In this document: positions 1 through 13,039 of the stretch, in pieces
How the letters are laid out: each line of letters starts with the position of its first letter
How positions within the stretch are numbered: the first letter of the stretch is position 1
Assembly: GCF_004010195.1 (NCBI RefSeq)
Contig: NC_057713.1
Coordinates: 55,407,345 to 55,471,344 of the forward strand
DNA length: 64,000 bases
Reading direction: 5' to 3'
Origin: Chiloscyllium plagiosum
Taxonomy: Eukaryota
Program-made: the position numbers and the translations under genes
The notes under the pieces: model-generated
What the model was told of the DNA's origin: nothing
What the model saw: the letters and a program-made list of their open reading frames with translations, nothing else
Databases searched by the model: none

Positions 1-150
1 CAAAGTCACCGGACAACTTAACACAAAGGACGCCGGACTGCGGATCAGGCACGCTGTTGAATGGGTGCCTCCATGGACAGGCTGACAGCTGTCATGAAGA
101 ACCAGGTCCAATAATCTCAAAATCTTGCTGGATGTCCACACATACAACAC

Positions 151-169
151 AGAGAGAGAGAGAGAGAGA
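151..169. repeat. (AG)n microsatellite
   Basis: Direct reading. Confidence 0.9.
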
Positions 170-1299
170 TACCCTGTTTTGGGTGGTGACATTGCCAGCG
201 GAATGGAGAGCAGGGATCCACCTTGGAAAGTGAGTTTCTAAAAGAAGGCACCCAGTCTGGGGCTCGAACCCACGTCATCACTCAGCAGGAATGGCAAGCT
301 CACAGGGAGATGTAGGACCATGACCTTGCCTCTTGGTGCCCATTGCTCAATAAGAGACAGGGTGGTGCCAGTAGGCACCCAGGTGAAAGAGAAACCACAC
401 ACACTGCCCAGAAGTCTCCTCTCTAGACACACCAAAAATGTTGGGCTTTCCATCTTCACCTTATCTGCTACATTCAGGCCTGTGAGAGTTCAAACCTCTG
501 GGCAGGATACATTCGGCATATATGGCCCTCTGGATGGAATCACTCCCCTCCTCACCCTTGGGGTTGTGCAATAAAACTTACAAGGCCAATAAGTTCTACT
601 GGAGAGCAGGCTTCATCCACCTGTCTGCAGAACCCAGGAATGCACCAAGACACAGTGGATGAGAAAAAAATGATTTTTAACCTTCTGAAATGGCATAGGT
701 GGTATGGATGAGGTATCTGTGAAAGTAAACTTCCAGCTTTTCTAAATTTATGTCCTGTTTTTACTATTAAGTGCAAGTGCAAAACTTTGTCCAGCCACAA
801 CTACATCATTGAAGATATAGATCTCATCCATCATTAGAACTACACAACACTCAAATAGACAAGGTGTGAAGTGAAGAGCTCCTGCACCATGTGTAGGTAA
901 TGGCATATCACAGGCAATTGCTACTTTGGGAAGTAGACTCCATCTTTTCAGCTTGACAGGCTTTACAATTTATCATTGTTACCTTGGATGACATGCTCAA
1001 AAGTGTATAATGCTAGGATCTGGACCACACATGTCTAAGATTCTCAAAGCATGTATGCTTATGTTTCACAGGTAATGGTGTTGTCAATTGTAGGGCCTCA
1101 CATTGTTTGAAATCAAAGCCTTCTCTCTCTCATAGAATAGAGCACTTACCCTGCCCAACCCAGATGTATTCACTGCTATTTCATCTCTGTTGCTTGTAGC
1201 ATAATTGAAAACAACAGTGGTTGCTCCTTGAACAGAAGGTTTCAGGCTCAGATTCTCTACCTTGGCAAATGCCAAGCATTACTTTTGCATTCACTTACA

Positions 1300-2900
1300 A
1301 GATACGGGCATTGCTGGCTGGGCCAGCAATTATTGCCTATTTCTAGCTGCCCTTGAAAGTTAATGGTGAGCATCCTTCATGAACCACTGCAGTCAATTTG
1401 TTGTAGATACACCCACAAAGCTATAATGGAGGGGATTCCAGGATTTTGATTCAGCAATACTGAAGAAACAACAATATTTTTCCCAAGTCAGGGTGGTGAG
1501 TAGATTGGAAAGAAAATTGCAGATGGTGGTTTGCCCTTTCTGTCTTTGCCCTTCTCGTGGGAGTGGTCATGGTAAATTACAGGTGACTGTTTAAGGAACC
1601 TTGCCGAATGTCTGCACTGCATCTTGTAGATGGTATGCACTGCATCTTGTAGATGGTACACACTGCTGCTATTGAGCATCAGTGGTAGAGGCACTGAATG
1701 TTGATGTGGTGCCAATCAAGTGGCTAATTTGTCCTGGATGGTGTCAAGCATCAGTGTTGTTGGAACTGCACTCATTGGGCAAGTGGGGAGTTTACCATCA
1801 CATTACCGACTTGTACCTTGTTGATAGTGGGGCTATGGATTGGAAAATGTCATTGCCGAGCATTTGCATGGCTTGAATGTTACCTGCCACTTGTCAGCTA
1901 AAGCCTGAATATGTTCCAGATCTTGTGGCAGATTGGTGCATCAGTAACTGAAGAGCTGTGAATGGTGCTGAGCATTGAGCAACCATGAGCGAATATCCCC
2001 ACTTCTAACCGTATGAAGGAGGAAGCAGTTGAAGGTGGTTGGGTCTAGGACATGAGGGATTCCTGCAGAGATGTACTGGAAATGACCTCCAACAACAAGC
2101 ATCTTCCTTTGTGCCAGCTCCAACTCCAACCAGGGCAGTTTCCCCCAATTCCCATTGACTCAATTTTGTTTGAACTCCCTGATATCACATGTGGTCAAAT
2201 GAGGCCTTAATATCAAAGGAAGGCACTCTCAACTCACCTCTGGAATTTAGATTTTCTGAACATGTTTTGACTAAGACTTTAATGATTTAGATTTAGATTA
2301 CTTACAGTGTGGAAACAGACCCTTCGGCCCAACAAGTATACACGAACCCGCTGAAGCGCAACCCACCCAGACCCATTCCCCTACATTTACCCCTTCACCT
2401 AACACTACGGGCAATTTAGCATGGCCAATTCACCTAACCTGCACATTTTTGGACTGTGGGAGGAAACCAGAGCACCAGGAGGAAACCCACACAGACACGG
2501 GGAGAACGTGCAAACTCCACACAGGCAGTCGCCTGAGGTGGGAATTGAACCCAAGTCTCTGGCACTATGAGGCAGCAGTGCTAACCACTGTGCCACCATC
2601 CTGGCCACTAATGATGTTAGGAGCTGAGTGTCCTGGCAGGACCCAAGCTGAATGTCAATGAGCAAGTTAATGTTAAGCAAGTGATGCTTGATAGCACTGT
2701 TGATGACCCTTTCTGTCACTTTACCAATGATTCAGAGTGGCAGGTGGGCTGGTAATGCGCTGGATTGTGTGTGCCCTGCTTTTTCTGTACAGGACATAGC
2801 TGGGCAATTTCCCAAGTGGCTAGGTAGGTGCCAGTCTCATAGTTTTTCTGGAACAGCTTGGCTAGGGGTGTGCAAAGTTCTGGAGCACAGAATTTGTTGA
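1300..2900 (-). mobile_element. Decayed CR1/L2-group LINE, 3' part (RT fragment plus 3' end), interrupted by an HE1 SINE
   Basis: Minus-strand RT remnant (ERVINSAIKHHLLNINLLIDIQLG resembles ...NNLLTDAQFGFR). The 3' tail ggcaataattgctggcccagccagcaatgcc recurs near 58080-58110 on +. Confidence 0.75.
2287..2608 (-). mobile_element. HE1-type V-SINE (tRNA head, V domain, HER1-like tail)
   Basis: Reverse complement reads ggtggcacagtggttagcactgctgcctca...gtggagtttgcacgttctccccgtgtc...ccacactgtaagtaatctaaatct. TAATGAT TSD at 2280-2286 and 2609-2615. Confidence 0.92.
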
Positions 2901-5900
2901 AATATAATGATTAATGGAGAATGACAGTAAAGAACTTGTAGTACTATAATTCCATTGCTTATAGGTTCAGTAATAAGAATTCATTGTGGAATATCTAATC
3001 TTTGATGTTTGGGCATTCATCATTTTTATCATTTATTGAACATGCATGGTGTGTAGTAAATGCTTTTATAATAAATTACCATCTCATCCTTTTTGACCCA
3101 ATACAAAACAAATGTTGTTGAAAAGTCCATCCAAATTTGAACAATTTAATAGTGAAATGATGGTGTTTAATGCACACATTTAGGAAAACTGTCCACTGAT
3201 ACATCTACCGCTATGGTGTGGATTTTTCCTTTTCTAATATCGATCGATTCTAACGCAGGTCAAGGGAATTAACAGACATCCAACAACATAGATATAATCA
3301 AGCAGCCTAAGTTGTTCTTTCTGAAGTAGTGAAACAGCTGGCAAATCAAGGATTTTGTTAAAATTAGTTTTAAATTTCAATTTTTTACTCAACTGAGGGA
3401 AGCATATGCTCTTACTCTGACAAAGGTGATTACTTGCAGCTATGACATGTTGGAGAATCAGTACTGCATTGGACGAGAGTTGCTGTAGCAACGTGGTAGG
3501 TGGTGAATGAAGAGACTTTAGGACAATCTTGAAAAACCTGACTACGCCTCATGGAGAGAAGCCCTCTGTGAAACCGGAAGAAATTACCCTTAGCTATAAC
3601 ATGGGAAGATTCACTATTGATTTTAGCAATATAACTGATCATTGGTATATGAGAGTCAATGGGGCACTATCTAATCTTTCCTCCTTTACTCCACAGAAGC
3701 CTTGGCTGTAATTCTGAGTGGATGTGATATCCCTCTACCTAACTAAATGTTGGGAGTGACCCAGCCTTCAAAGGAAATCCAAGTGGATATTTTTGTTGTT
3801 GGGCCATTACTTGCCTCAGAGTAATACTTCTACCCCAAGTCAAATGGCTAGTAGCTTTCTAGATAGCTGCATGGGAATAGTGGCCACTGCTAAGAGTGTA
3901 GCTAATCCCAAATGAGGAACATTGGTGGAGACTGGACCACCAAACTAAGTGAGGCACTCTTGTCAGGTTGGAAGAAAGTCAGCCAGACCCCAGCAAGGGC
4001 AATGGGTGGAAGCTCCAGTGGGGCGGATGTGGAAGTAACAAACAGAGATGGGAGTAATTTGTGCAGAATAATGTTGAACACATCCCACCCCTCAGCTTTC
4101 AAATATGCCAGCAGGGGGCATAAAATCCAGCTACTCAATTCATTTGAGTTGCTGTAGTCATGGGAGAGGCTCCGTGATATTGTAAATGTTAACACATAGT
4201 GCCTCATAATTGTAACATGTTGATGTGTGTGCATAATTCATCACAACCACTTGGTTCCTGCTGTCAGCTGTTACTACTGTTATATTCTAATTTATGTTCA
4301 CAACAGCATAAGAGGATATTTAGAATGCAATGTTGTTGTGAACACTGCTCTGGGATATATGATTGTGTAGAATCCTCCTTACTTTGGTCAGGTTAAAATC
4401 AGGAACTCACTAATTTTAGCAAATCTTGCGCAGTTACTAATTTATGCCACCACTCATTGACATTTTTAAGCTCCAACATCATTGTATCACACAAATTTTT
4501 TCAAACTTTTCTTTTAATATGCAACATTATTATACATCATACAATATTTAGGTGTTAGGCTGTGACATATATTGTCTTGCAGTGGTGGATTCTGTGGTTA
4601 TTATGTACCAATATTAATATCTGATGTTTCATAAATTGGATGAATGAATTACTTTTCATTTTCATGACATATCATTGCAAAATTGCAATCATTCATGAAG
4701 CATTTCTCTTTCTGAAAACAAAGGGCATGTGTAAGAATGTGATATGTGCATTTTAATTGCGCTTTTGCTTATAAAACGAAGTCCCATGTTTGAAGAACAG
4801 TTAAGGAATTTGCTAAAAAAGGATTCGGAGCTGGTGTTGTGTGATATTTAGCTAAAAAAGGAAAATTACTTCATGATTATGCGTAAACAGAAGCAGCTTG
4901 TTGGCACACAACATTGATTTCTAATCAACCTAAAAGTACCTAAGAAAATAAATGTTTTAAAGTATATATTCTATGATGATACAAACTCCTTCTAAGAATA
5001 CACATTGGTTGTCATGATTTAAGATAAGTATGTTGTAATGCTCAGTAGCTCAATAACCCAAGAAACTTGTCAGTATCACCATCAAGTTTCTAGTTATCCT
5101 CTTGTTCTTAGGAAACTTCTAAATAAGTGGCTGGAGTGTAACCAAATCTCAGATTGTCTTGCCATCAAGCTCAAAATGAATCTCAAATCTGTCTGGATGG
5201 ATGGTAGGAACTGGGGAACAACTTTACTGACACTGATCAATTAAGAATGCTCATGAAGTGGACTACTATTCACAACAGAGATCTGCTGGTCCACCTTAAC
5301 TGATACCAAAATCTGCCACCTTAGCTACCTTGGCAATGCCGTTGATAGAGGTAGCTGCTGTTGATGCACAATTGTATATATTGCATTTTTCATATCTTTC
5401 TATCCTTCAGGGTCATCAAAACATCACCAAATCAATCATCTTGTGGCATATAAAGTGTGCTAAGCATTGGTTACAGATTGCCTTTTGGCTGGCATCCTAA
5501 CCAAACATTCATCATCAGCTGTAAAAGCAACCACTGAGGGAACTGTTCCAGCACCTTCTGTATTTTCATGAATCCTTGAAGGTCATGCAAGATCATTTTA
5601 GTGTGCTGGAGTAAGGAAGGCAGGCTCTGAAACTGGGAGGCTGAAACTTACAGTGGCAAATTTGGAGCCATGAGGATGACTAAAGCAACAGTTATTTCTT
5701 CATTGACCATGGATCAGCCAATAAGGCTGACAACTACATTGTCCGGGTTCATCCTGATGTTTGTAAAATGGTAGGGGTATAAAGTTGTTGCCAATTGGCC
5801 AATCCTCTGGAGGAAGGTGAATTACCAGAGGTCGTAATTGACATTAGTGCTTAAGACATAGTAAGGGGCATTTGGTCCTACAATTGAATTTGGGAACCTA

Positions 5901-5949
5901 GGTGGAAAATTAGCAAAATACCTTTCCAAGCCAGATGGGTTGCATCTGA

Positions 5950-6046
5950 TTATTCCTGATGAAGGGCTTTTGCCCGAAACGTCGATTTTGCCTGTCTTCG
6001 GATGCTGCCTGAATTGCTGTGCTCTTCCAGCACCACTGATCCAGAA
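5950..6046 (+). mobile_element. Penelope-like element terminal remnant (family 1) with 9-bp TSD TGCATCTGA
   Basis: Same sequence as the 3' end of the PLE at 21430-21530. TGCATCTGA occurs at 5941-5949 and 6047-6055. Confidence 0.85.
5952..5987 (+). ncRNA. Minimal type I hammerhead ribozyme motif
   Basis: attc-CTGATGA-a-GGGC-tttt-GCCC-GAAA-CG-TC-gatt: intact core boxes, stem II, palindromic ACGU stem III and GUC triplet; stem I is short and imperfect. Confidence 0.75.
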
Positions 6047-9000
6047 TGCATCTGAACAGAGTTAGGACTTAGTTCTGTGTGGGCATTCAGTTAGTGTTTT
6101 CGGGGAGGGCTTAAATCAACTCAGCAAATCATATCATGGTGCACAAAATACTGGAGAGAGAAATAGCATTAATATAGAGTTAATAGGTGCAGTTGGATAA
6201 GGGAAAATGTAATGAAATGAAAATAATGAAAGGGTTACACTGCATGTAAGTTACTGCATGGAGTAAAGTTAATAAGGTTGGTAAGTAAAGGTATGGATTG
6301 CTTTGTGGGATTATAATGTTGTGGCATCAGCAAAGACCAGTCCTCCGGAAGGTCTGATCTATCTGTTAGATATTCCGTGTTCCAAGGTGTTCAGAAAAGA
6401 TAGGAAAAGGTAAAAAAATGAGGAGGTGTCATGTTTGGATAAGGACAGCATTGTAATATTGGAGAAAGTGGATGTTTCAGAGGGTTCAAGGGCAGAAGGA
6501 ATTTAGCTGGAGCTAAGGAATAAATGGTATTCAGTTACATTTTGCTGTGTAACACACAGAGCATCAGCTAGTGGAAATGATGCAGAGAAACAATTCTATA
6601 AGGAAATTATGAAGATGTGTAAACATCATTGAGTAGTTATAATGGCACAAACAAATTACTTGTACATCCACTAGGATAGTGGTGGATTAAGGTGTATTGA
6701 GGAGCATATACGTTTAGATTGTATTCAGGAAAATCTCCTAAAGCAGTACATATCTAGCCCAACAAGAAATGAAGCCCTGCTATCCCAGGTTCGTGGGAAT
6801 GAGGTAATCAAGTAGATCCCCATGAGACAATACTGGAACATTTGGTATCGTAAGGTTTAGGATGATGGTGGAAAATGACATTGGTCAATCCATAGTAAGA
6901 ATGATCAACCAGTAATGAGTGGACTTAATGGGGCAAGAACAGCTGGGCTGGATAGATTGAAATCAAAAGTTGGTGATAAAAAAAGTTTTTGAAAATTTAA
7001 AGAAGAGATTATTTCAGCACAGTCAAGGTATATTTCCCACAAAAGGAAAAGTAGAGCAAACAAATCCAGAGCTCCCCGGATACAAAGGAGATACAGTCGG
7101 CACTTGGTTTATCAGGCAGTGGGACTGCACGAGATGCAGCTAAGGATATTGAGAAAAGTGTAAGTGGAAATTCAAAAGCATTGGCAATTATCTTTCAATT
7201 TTTCCTGGACTTTAGGGTGATGCCAGTGGATTAGCGATATGTACCTTTTTCAAAAATGTTTGTAAAGATTATCCCAGTTATTACAGACTAGTGAGCTTAA
7301 CTATGATGGTAGGCAAATTTATATAAACAATTATTTGGGATAGAATTAATAATCACATTGTAAAAATGTGGATTGACTCAGTAAAGTCAACACAGATATA
7401 ATGAGGGAAAATAATGTCTAACTAATTTGCTGCAATTTCTTAAAGAGATAACAAAAAGAGTTTATGTAGGAAACCCTGTTGTAGTGGTATTTCTGGACAG
7501 ATAAAATGTGTCCCAAATTCCAAACAGAGCCACACAACAAATCTGTGAAGAAAATTACAGGTCATGCAATAAGGGAGACAGTGTAACATTGTTATAACAT
7601 TGATTGAGGGATAGGAAACAGGGAATGGTGGTTAATGGGGATTTTTTTCAGGTTGGAAGAAGGTTTGTAATGGAGTTCCACTGGGTTGAAGTTTGGATCC
7701 TTGCTTTCACTGACATATAAAAGTGATCTAGACTTTGATGTGCAGCAGACAATTTCAATTTTTTTACTGAATTTGGGAGGATTTTAAATGGTGATCATGG
7801 TGTAGAACATCTATGATGATATAATGGCTTTAAGAGGTGTATCTTTTCTTTGTGAAGAAAGGTTCAGACAGATATACTGAGTGGTCTGGTGAAAGACAAT
7901 AGAATAAACAGCTTGTGAGGCCTTGGGATAGTTATTTTTAAAGTTGGAATAATAGAAGAAACCTGAATGGGTGGTGTCACTCTCCCACAGAACCAAAAGT
8001 TTAAGTTATAGCTGACCTTTCTGCAGTTGCTGAAGTATTGAAGCTGGATATGGAAGCTCTTAAATCTCTCTCTATTCGAGCTGGTTTTGTCTTCTTGCTG
8101 CTAGAATTGCATGTGAGACAATCTATTTTACTGAATTTGTCTTTGCCAAAGGTGTGATAATAGGATATTGTTATATTGGAATAGTAAATTAGTAGCAGTT
8201 AACATAAATATTATTTCTTTATGTATTTTATTAAGTTACAGTTAAGCCAATTCTTTTCATTTATTTTTATTTTGTCTATATTTTAACTGTAGCATAAAAC
8301 TAGAGTGTTTTGTATATAGTTGACTAATTGGACCAATCAAATTGCATCGTGAATGCAATGCATATATATAATATATATTGTACACACACACACACATATA
8401 TTTTTAATATATTTTGAGAGGAATTGGTCCAGTCCATAACAAATTGGGAGTTCTTGTTGGGATCAAAATCTCTACTTCCAGATTGATATTAAGATTATTA
8501 GACGCAAAAGCTGTGAGTGGTGAATGCTTGTGATTTCTTTTTGGGTATTGAACTTGGTTGGTTTAAATAGGGTGCGCCTTGTGTAATAATGGCTCTTTCA
8601 GTCACTAAGAATTTCCAGGGCTAGAAGAAGTCACTTTGGGAGGTTTACAGAAAATGAGAAAGGCAAAGATTTTGGAATTGATAGATAAGCTGGTTGCCTT
8701 TGTCCATGTGAAAAGGGGAGGTAATAGCAGCAATATCTCTACACTTAGATTGCCAGAAATGCCATCAGAATAATTGGAAATGGCTAAAATTCAATTACAA
8801 ATGAAGGATCTTGAATATGAAAAGGAAATTAAACAGAATGAATTATCATTGAAAGCGGAAGAAAAGCAGAAAGAAAGAATAGCTGTATCAAAGGAAAAAG
8901 ATAAGGAAAGAATAGACCTGGCAGAATAAGAAGACAAGGAAAGGAAGACCCTAGCAGAAGAATGGGAGAAAGAGAGTGTTTTTGAACTTCAGACGTTGGA

Positions 9001-10125
9001 ACTGAAAACTCAAAGTTGACTTAAAATGGCAAAGGTAGAGGTGAAAGGTAGGAGTAGTGATGAGGACAATCCCATTGAAGCCAAGGTTTGGTGGGGATCT
9101 GTTTAAATATGTCCAAATGTTGCAAAATTTCATTGAGAAGGACGTGGAAGCCTTTTTCATTTCATTTGACAAAGTGGCTAAACAGATAAAGTGGCCAGTA
9201 ACGATGTGGGTATTGTTGATCCAAACTAAGTTGGTCGATAGATTTAGTGAGGCATTTGTACCACTATCAGAAGAGATATCTGTGGAGTACAATAAGGTGA
9301 AAACATAATAAGGTGAAAACATTAAGTACATATGTCCTATACTAAAGCCTACAGATGTTTTACAGATCTAATGAGGAAACCTGGTCAAACGTATATTGAA
9401 AGGATCAAACAAGGTAATTTTGATAGATGGAGAAGGGCATTGAACATAGATCAAACATGTGATATGCTTAGAGAGACAATTATTTTGGAGGAATTCAAAA
9501 ATTAGCTTCCTGATGTAGTGAGAACTCATGTGGAAGAGCAAAGTTAGATTGCAAGATCGATGTGGTCCACTGCTTTTCGTCATTTATATAAATGATTTGG
9601 ATGTGCACACAGCAAGAATAGTTAACAAGTTTTCAGATGACACCAAAATTGGACGTGTAGTGGACAGCGAAGAAGGTTATCTCAGAGTTCAAAAGGATCT
9701 TGATCAGATGAGCCAATGGGCCAAGAGGTGGCAGATGGAGTTTAATTTAGGTAAATGCAAGGGGCTGCATTTTTGAAAGGCAAATCCAGGCAGGACTTAT
9801 ATAGTTAATGGTAAGGTCCATTGTCAGTGGAATTGTCAGGGGAATTGTCAGTGGGAGGTTGGGGGGGTTGCTGAAGAAAGATACCTTGTAGTGCAGATTC
9901 ATAGTTCTTTGAAAGTGGAGTCTCAGGTAGAAGGTATAGGGAAGAAGGCATTTGTTATGTTTTCCTTTATTTGTCAGGGCATTGATTGGTTGTACAGGAC
10001 ATTGTTTAGGCCACTTTTGTAATATTGTGTGCAATTTTGATCTCCCTCTTATTGGAAAATGTTGTGAAACTTGAAAGCGTTCAGAAAAGATTTGCAAGAC
10101 TGTTGCCAGGGTTAAAAGGTTTGAG

Positions 10126-10255
10126 GACAAAGTGAGGACTGCAGATGCTAGAGCTCAGAGTCAAGAGTGTTGTGCTGGAAAAGCACAGCAGTTCAGGCAG
10201 CATCTGAGGTGCAGGAGAATCGATGTTTCGGGCATAAGCCCTTCCTAATGAAGGG
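10126..10255 (-). mobile_element. PLE family 1 terminal remnant (inverted) with truncated hammerhead
   Basis: aaagtgaggactgcagatgct...gctggaaaagcacagc...tttcgggcataagcccttc matches 19997-20050 and 59860-59980. Confidence 0.85.
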
Positions 10256-10384
10256 ACTGTTTTCTTTGGAGCTTTGGAGGCTGAGAAGTGACCTTATAAA
10301 GGTTTATAAAATCATGAGGGGCATGGATAGGGTAAATAGCCAAGTCTTTTCCATGGCGTGGGGGAGTCCAAAACTAAAGGGCAT

Positions 10385-10712
10385 AGATTTAGATTAGATT
10401 AGATTAGATTACTTACAGTGTGGAAGCAGGCTCTTCGGCCCAACAAGTCCACACTGACCCGCCGAAGCGCAACCCACCCATACCCCTACATTTACCCCTT
10501 TAACCTAACACTACGGGCAATTTAGCATGGCCAATTCACCTGACCCGCACATTTTTGGATTGTGGGAGGAAACCGGAGCACCCGGAGGAAACCCACGCAG
10601 ACACGGGGAGAACGTGCAAACTCCACACAGTCAGTCGCCTGAGTCGGGAATTGAACCCGGGTCTCTGGCGCTGTGAGGCAGCAGTGCTAACCACTGTGCC
10701 ACCGTGCCGCCC
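10385..10712 (-). mobile_element. HE1 V-SINE, full length and apparently young
   Basis: The minus strand begins gggcggcacggtggcacagtggttagcac, contains the V domain and ends in a (TAATC)n tail. Confidence 0.95.
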
Positions 10713-11189
10713 AAAATTTAGGTTGAGAGGGGAAAAATTAAAAGGGACCTAAGGTGCAAATTCTTCATGCAAAGGTTGGTGCATGTATTGAATGAAGTGC
10801 CAGAGGAAGTGGCGAAAGGTGGTACAATTAGAATATTTAAAAGGCATCTGGATGGATATATGAATATGAAAGGTTTAGAGAGAAATAGGTCAAGGGCTGA
10901 CAAATGGGACTAGATCAGTTTAGGATATCTGGTCGGCATGGATGAGTTGGATTGAAGGATTTGTTTCCATGCTGTACATCTCTCTGACTCTATGACTCTA
11001 TTAGCAGCAGAAATGACAGACTGTTATGAGTAGGTTCATGACAATAATTTCAATCTGTGAAGAATAGAAATTGGAGAAAAGAGAAATCCTCAGGTGATAA
11101 AGGAAAAGGAGATCTCCTTGAAGATAGTAAAGATACTCTACCACAGAATAAAATGAGGGAAAGACACAATGCAGAGATCTGTTAATAAA

Positions 11190-11770
11190 GCACACACTAG
11201 TCTAGGATTCATGAATAGGTATTTAGTGTATTACTTACGATGAACTTATATAAGACATTAGTTAGACTGGAGTATTGCATACAGTCTGGGATCCACACTA
11301 TAGGAAGGTTGTGAATACATTAGACAGAGTGCAAAAAAAATTTTGAATATGGTTCCAGGGATGAGACACTTGGACACTTGGAAACATTGGAGTGGCTGGA
11401 ACTATGTCCCTTGGGGAGAAGAATGCTAAGAGAAGATCCGATGTAAACGTTCAAAGTCATGAGGGGTCTGGACAGAGTGGATAGAGAGAAAGTTTTAAAA
11501 TGTTTTGCAAAAGAAGCAAAGGTGTGGTTTGCAAATATACATTTCGCACAATGAGCAGTTTGGGCCTGGAATGCATTACCTGCAATTGTGTTGGAAGCAA
11601 GCTAAATTGTGGCATTCAAGATGGCTTTGGATGGTCATTTAAAAAGAAACAATGTGTAGAGTTACAGGGAAAAGGTAGGATTTTGGCACTAAGCTAAAAT
11701 GCTCAGTGAGCCAGTGCAGACATGATGGACCAAATGACATCCTTCTGCTATGCAACAATTCCATGATTCT
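11190..11770 (+). mobile_element. Old CR1 3' segment, possibly the continuation of 5700-7810
   Basis: 'LYKTLVRLEYCIQSG...HYRK' and 'LGRRMLRED' motifs with a CR1-like 3' UTR ending atgattct. Confidence 0.7.
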
Positions 11771-13039
11771 GGATTAGTTGGTTTAAAAAATTATGTGAAT
11801 TCAACTGGCAGGAGACATTACTGAAATTATTCTGAGATGGCCAAAAGAAATCAGCTTCCTCTTTTGATGCTTTCCTTTGCCACTTTATGGAGCCTCCCAT
11901 CAAGTTGCTAAAATTCAGCCAGTGTTTCCAAATAACTATAGAAAGAGTTAGTGCAAGGTAGCACCAACTGATAAAATTGACAACTGGGGAAGAATGAGTT
12001 TCTCTGGTAGGATAACTGCAATTCTGTATTACATTGCAACAAAAACAGAGTCAACCTCACTGCCAAATGTTTTTCATGTCATGGTGGATTATTATTGATT
12101 ATTTCCATCTATACACAAAGCCTACATCGATGTTAATAAAAATAAGACTTTAAAGCTTAATATGAAACACACTTCACCTCTATAAGCATATTTAACAGAA
12201 CAATTTGTAATTAAATTGGTTAAGTAAATTGTGTCAAGTGTAATTTCATTTTGGAACATCAGAAATATTTTATAGAAGTTAAGCTTAAGAAGAATACAAC
12301 AATGGAAGGCACCTGCTTGGAAAGATTTTGCTTTCAGAGTAAAAAAAATTCCAACATTAAGGATTGTCAACTCTCACCATTATAACTAATTACTAGTATT
12401 AAAAAAATCCTCAAAGCTAAGCAAACTAAAATGCCTTTTCTGAATAATATTTTCAATGATTGAATTTGATTTCATTAATAGTGATTCAAAACATTTATCA
12501 TTTGCCTTATGTCTTGCATGTAACTGAAAACATAACAGTTCTTTGCTATTGTCTGTATATTGTGTTTGAAATGAGGGGAAAATTGATTTTTTTTAACAGA
12601 TATGTCCTTTTCTCAATTTGTACAAATACACTGTTGACACATTCCCTGATGTTTGATGAAAATACTGTACCATTTTATAATTTTGTTCTTTTATATTATA
12701 TTCAATTTCTCCCTTCTCCAAAATCAGTTTGGCTTCTGTAGAATCAGTAACTGCTCACAAAGAAGAAGTTTGGCTTTATCTGCTTTCTCATCTACTTGCT
12801 TCCTCATTTTGACATGACTTGCAAGCATAGTGTTAGCTTTCATTTATACACAGACAACACCTAGCTGTACCTCATCACCCATCACTTGAGTCCTCTACTG
12901 TTACTAAGTAATTACAGTACTTAAACTGTGTTACTTTACCTTTGGTTTCACATTTGCTTCTAAGACAAGTTTCTGATCCTATTTCTTGCTATTAGCAAGA
13001 CCATCAATTTATACTCTGGTAATATCATCCGCAATATTT

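Larger units (their letters stand above)
5700..7810 (+). mobile_element. Old CR1 LINE: ORF1 esterase end, APE endonuclease and RT, heavily decayed
   Basis: PDGLHLNR (SGNH esterase motif) spans 5931-6062 once the PLE insert is removed. EN-like 'VFRKDRK...GG' near 6390; RT-like 'NYRLVSLT' near 7280 and 'CLTNLLQF' near 7415. Confidence 0.75.
9557..11000 (+). mobile_element. CR1/HER1 LINE, 5'-truncated, containing a PLE remnant and an HE1 SINE
   Basis: GPLLFVIYINDLD...KFSDDTKIG...WQMEFN RT motifs; 3' end gtttccatgctgtacatctctctgactctatgactcta with the octamer-repeat tail. Confidence 0.92.
7812..11190 (+). mobile_element. Gmr1-like Gypsy LTR retrotransposon remnant: 5' LTR (about 7812-8441), degenerate PBS, gag with SCAN-related capsid; split by a CR1 at 9557-11000
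   Basis: LTR ends ...ccataaCA, followed by ttgggagttcttgttgggat (resembles the tRNA-Pro PBS TGGGGGCTCGTCCGGGAT). Gag peptide EKDVEAFFISFDKVAKQIKWP...WVLLIQTKL. The SCAN-like 'LEEFKN...RTHVEEQ' resumes after the insert as 'LAAEMTDCYE*VH' at 11001. Confidence 0.8.

Noticed and set aside
1-760. GC-richer start with 73-84 aa ORFs, considered as exon 1 or a promoter
   Set aside because: No K2P similarity and no CpG island. It is probably an old repeat that I cannot assign.
9821-9855. Short tandem duplications (12-mer here, 23-mer at 1613-1658, 16-mer near 9290-9322) as a possible array
   Set aside because: They have two or three adjacent units with no spacers and lie inside dead TEs, consistent with replication slippage. 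There is no CRISPR-like structure.
10640-10712. tRNA-like sequence with A and B boxes
   Set aside because: It is the SINE head, continuous with the V domain and LINE-like tail, not a tRNA gene.
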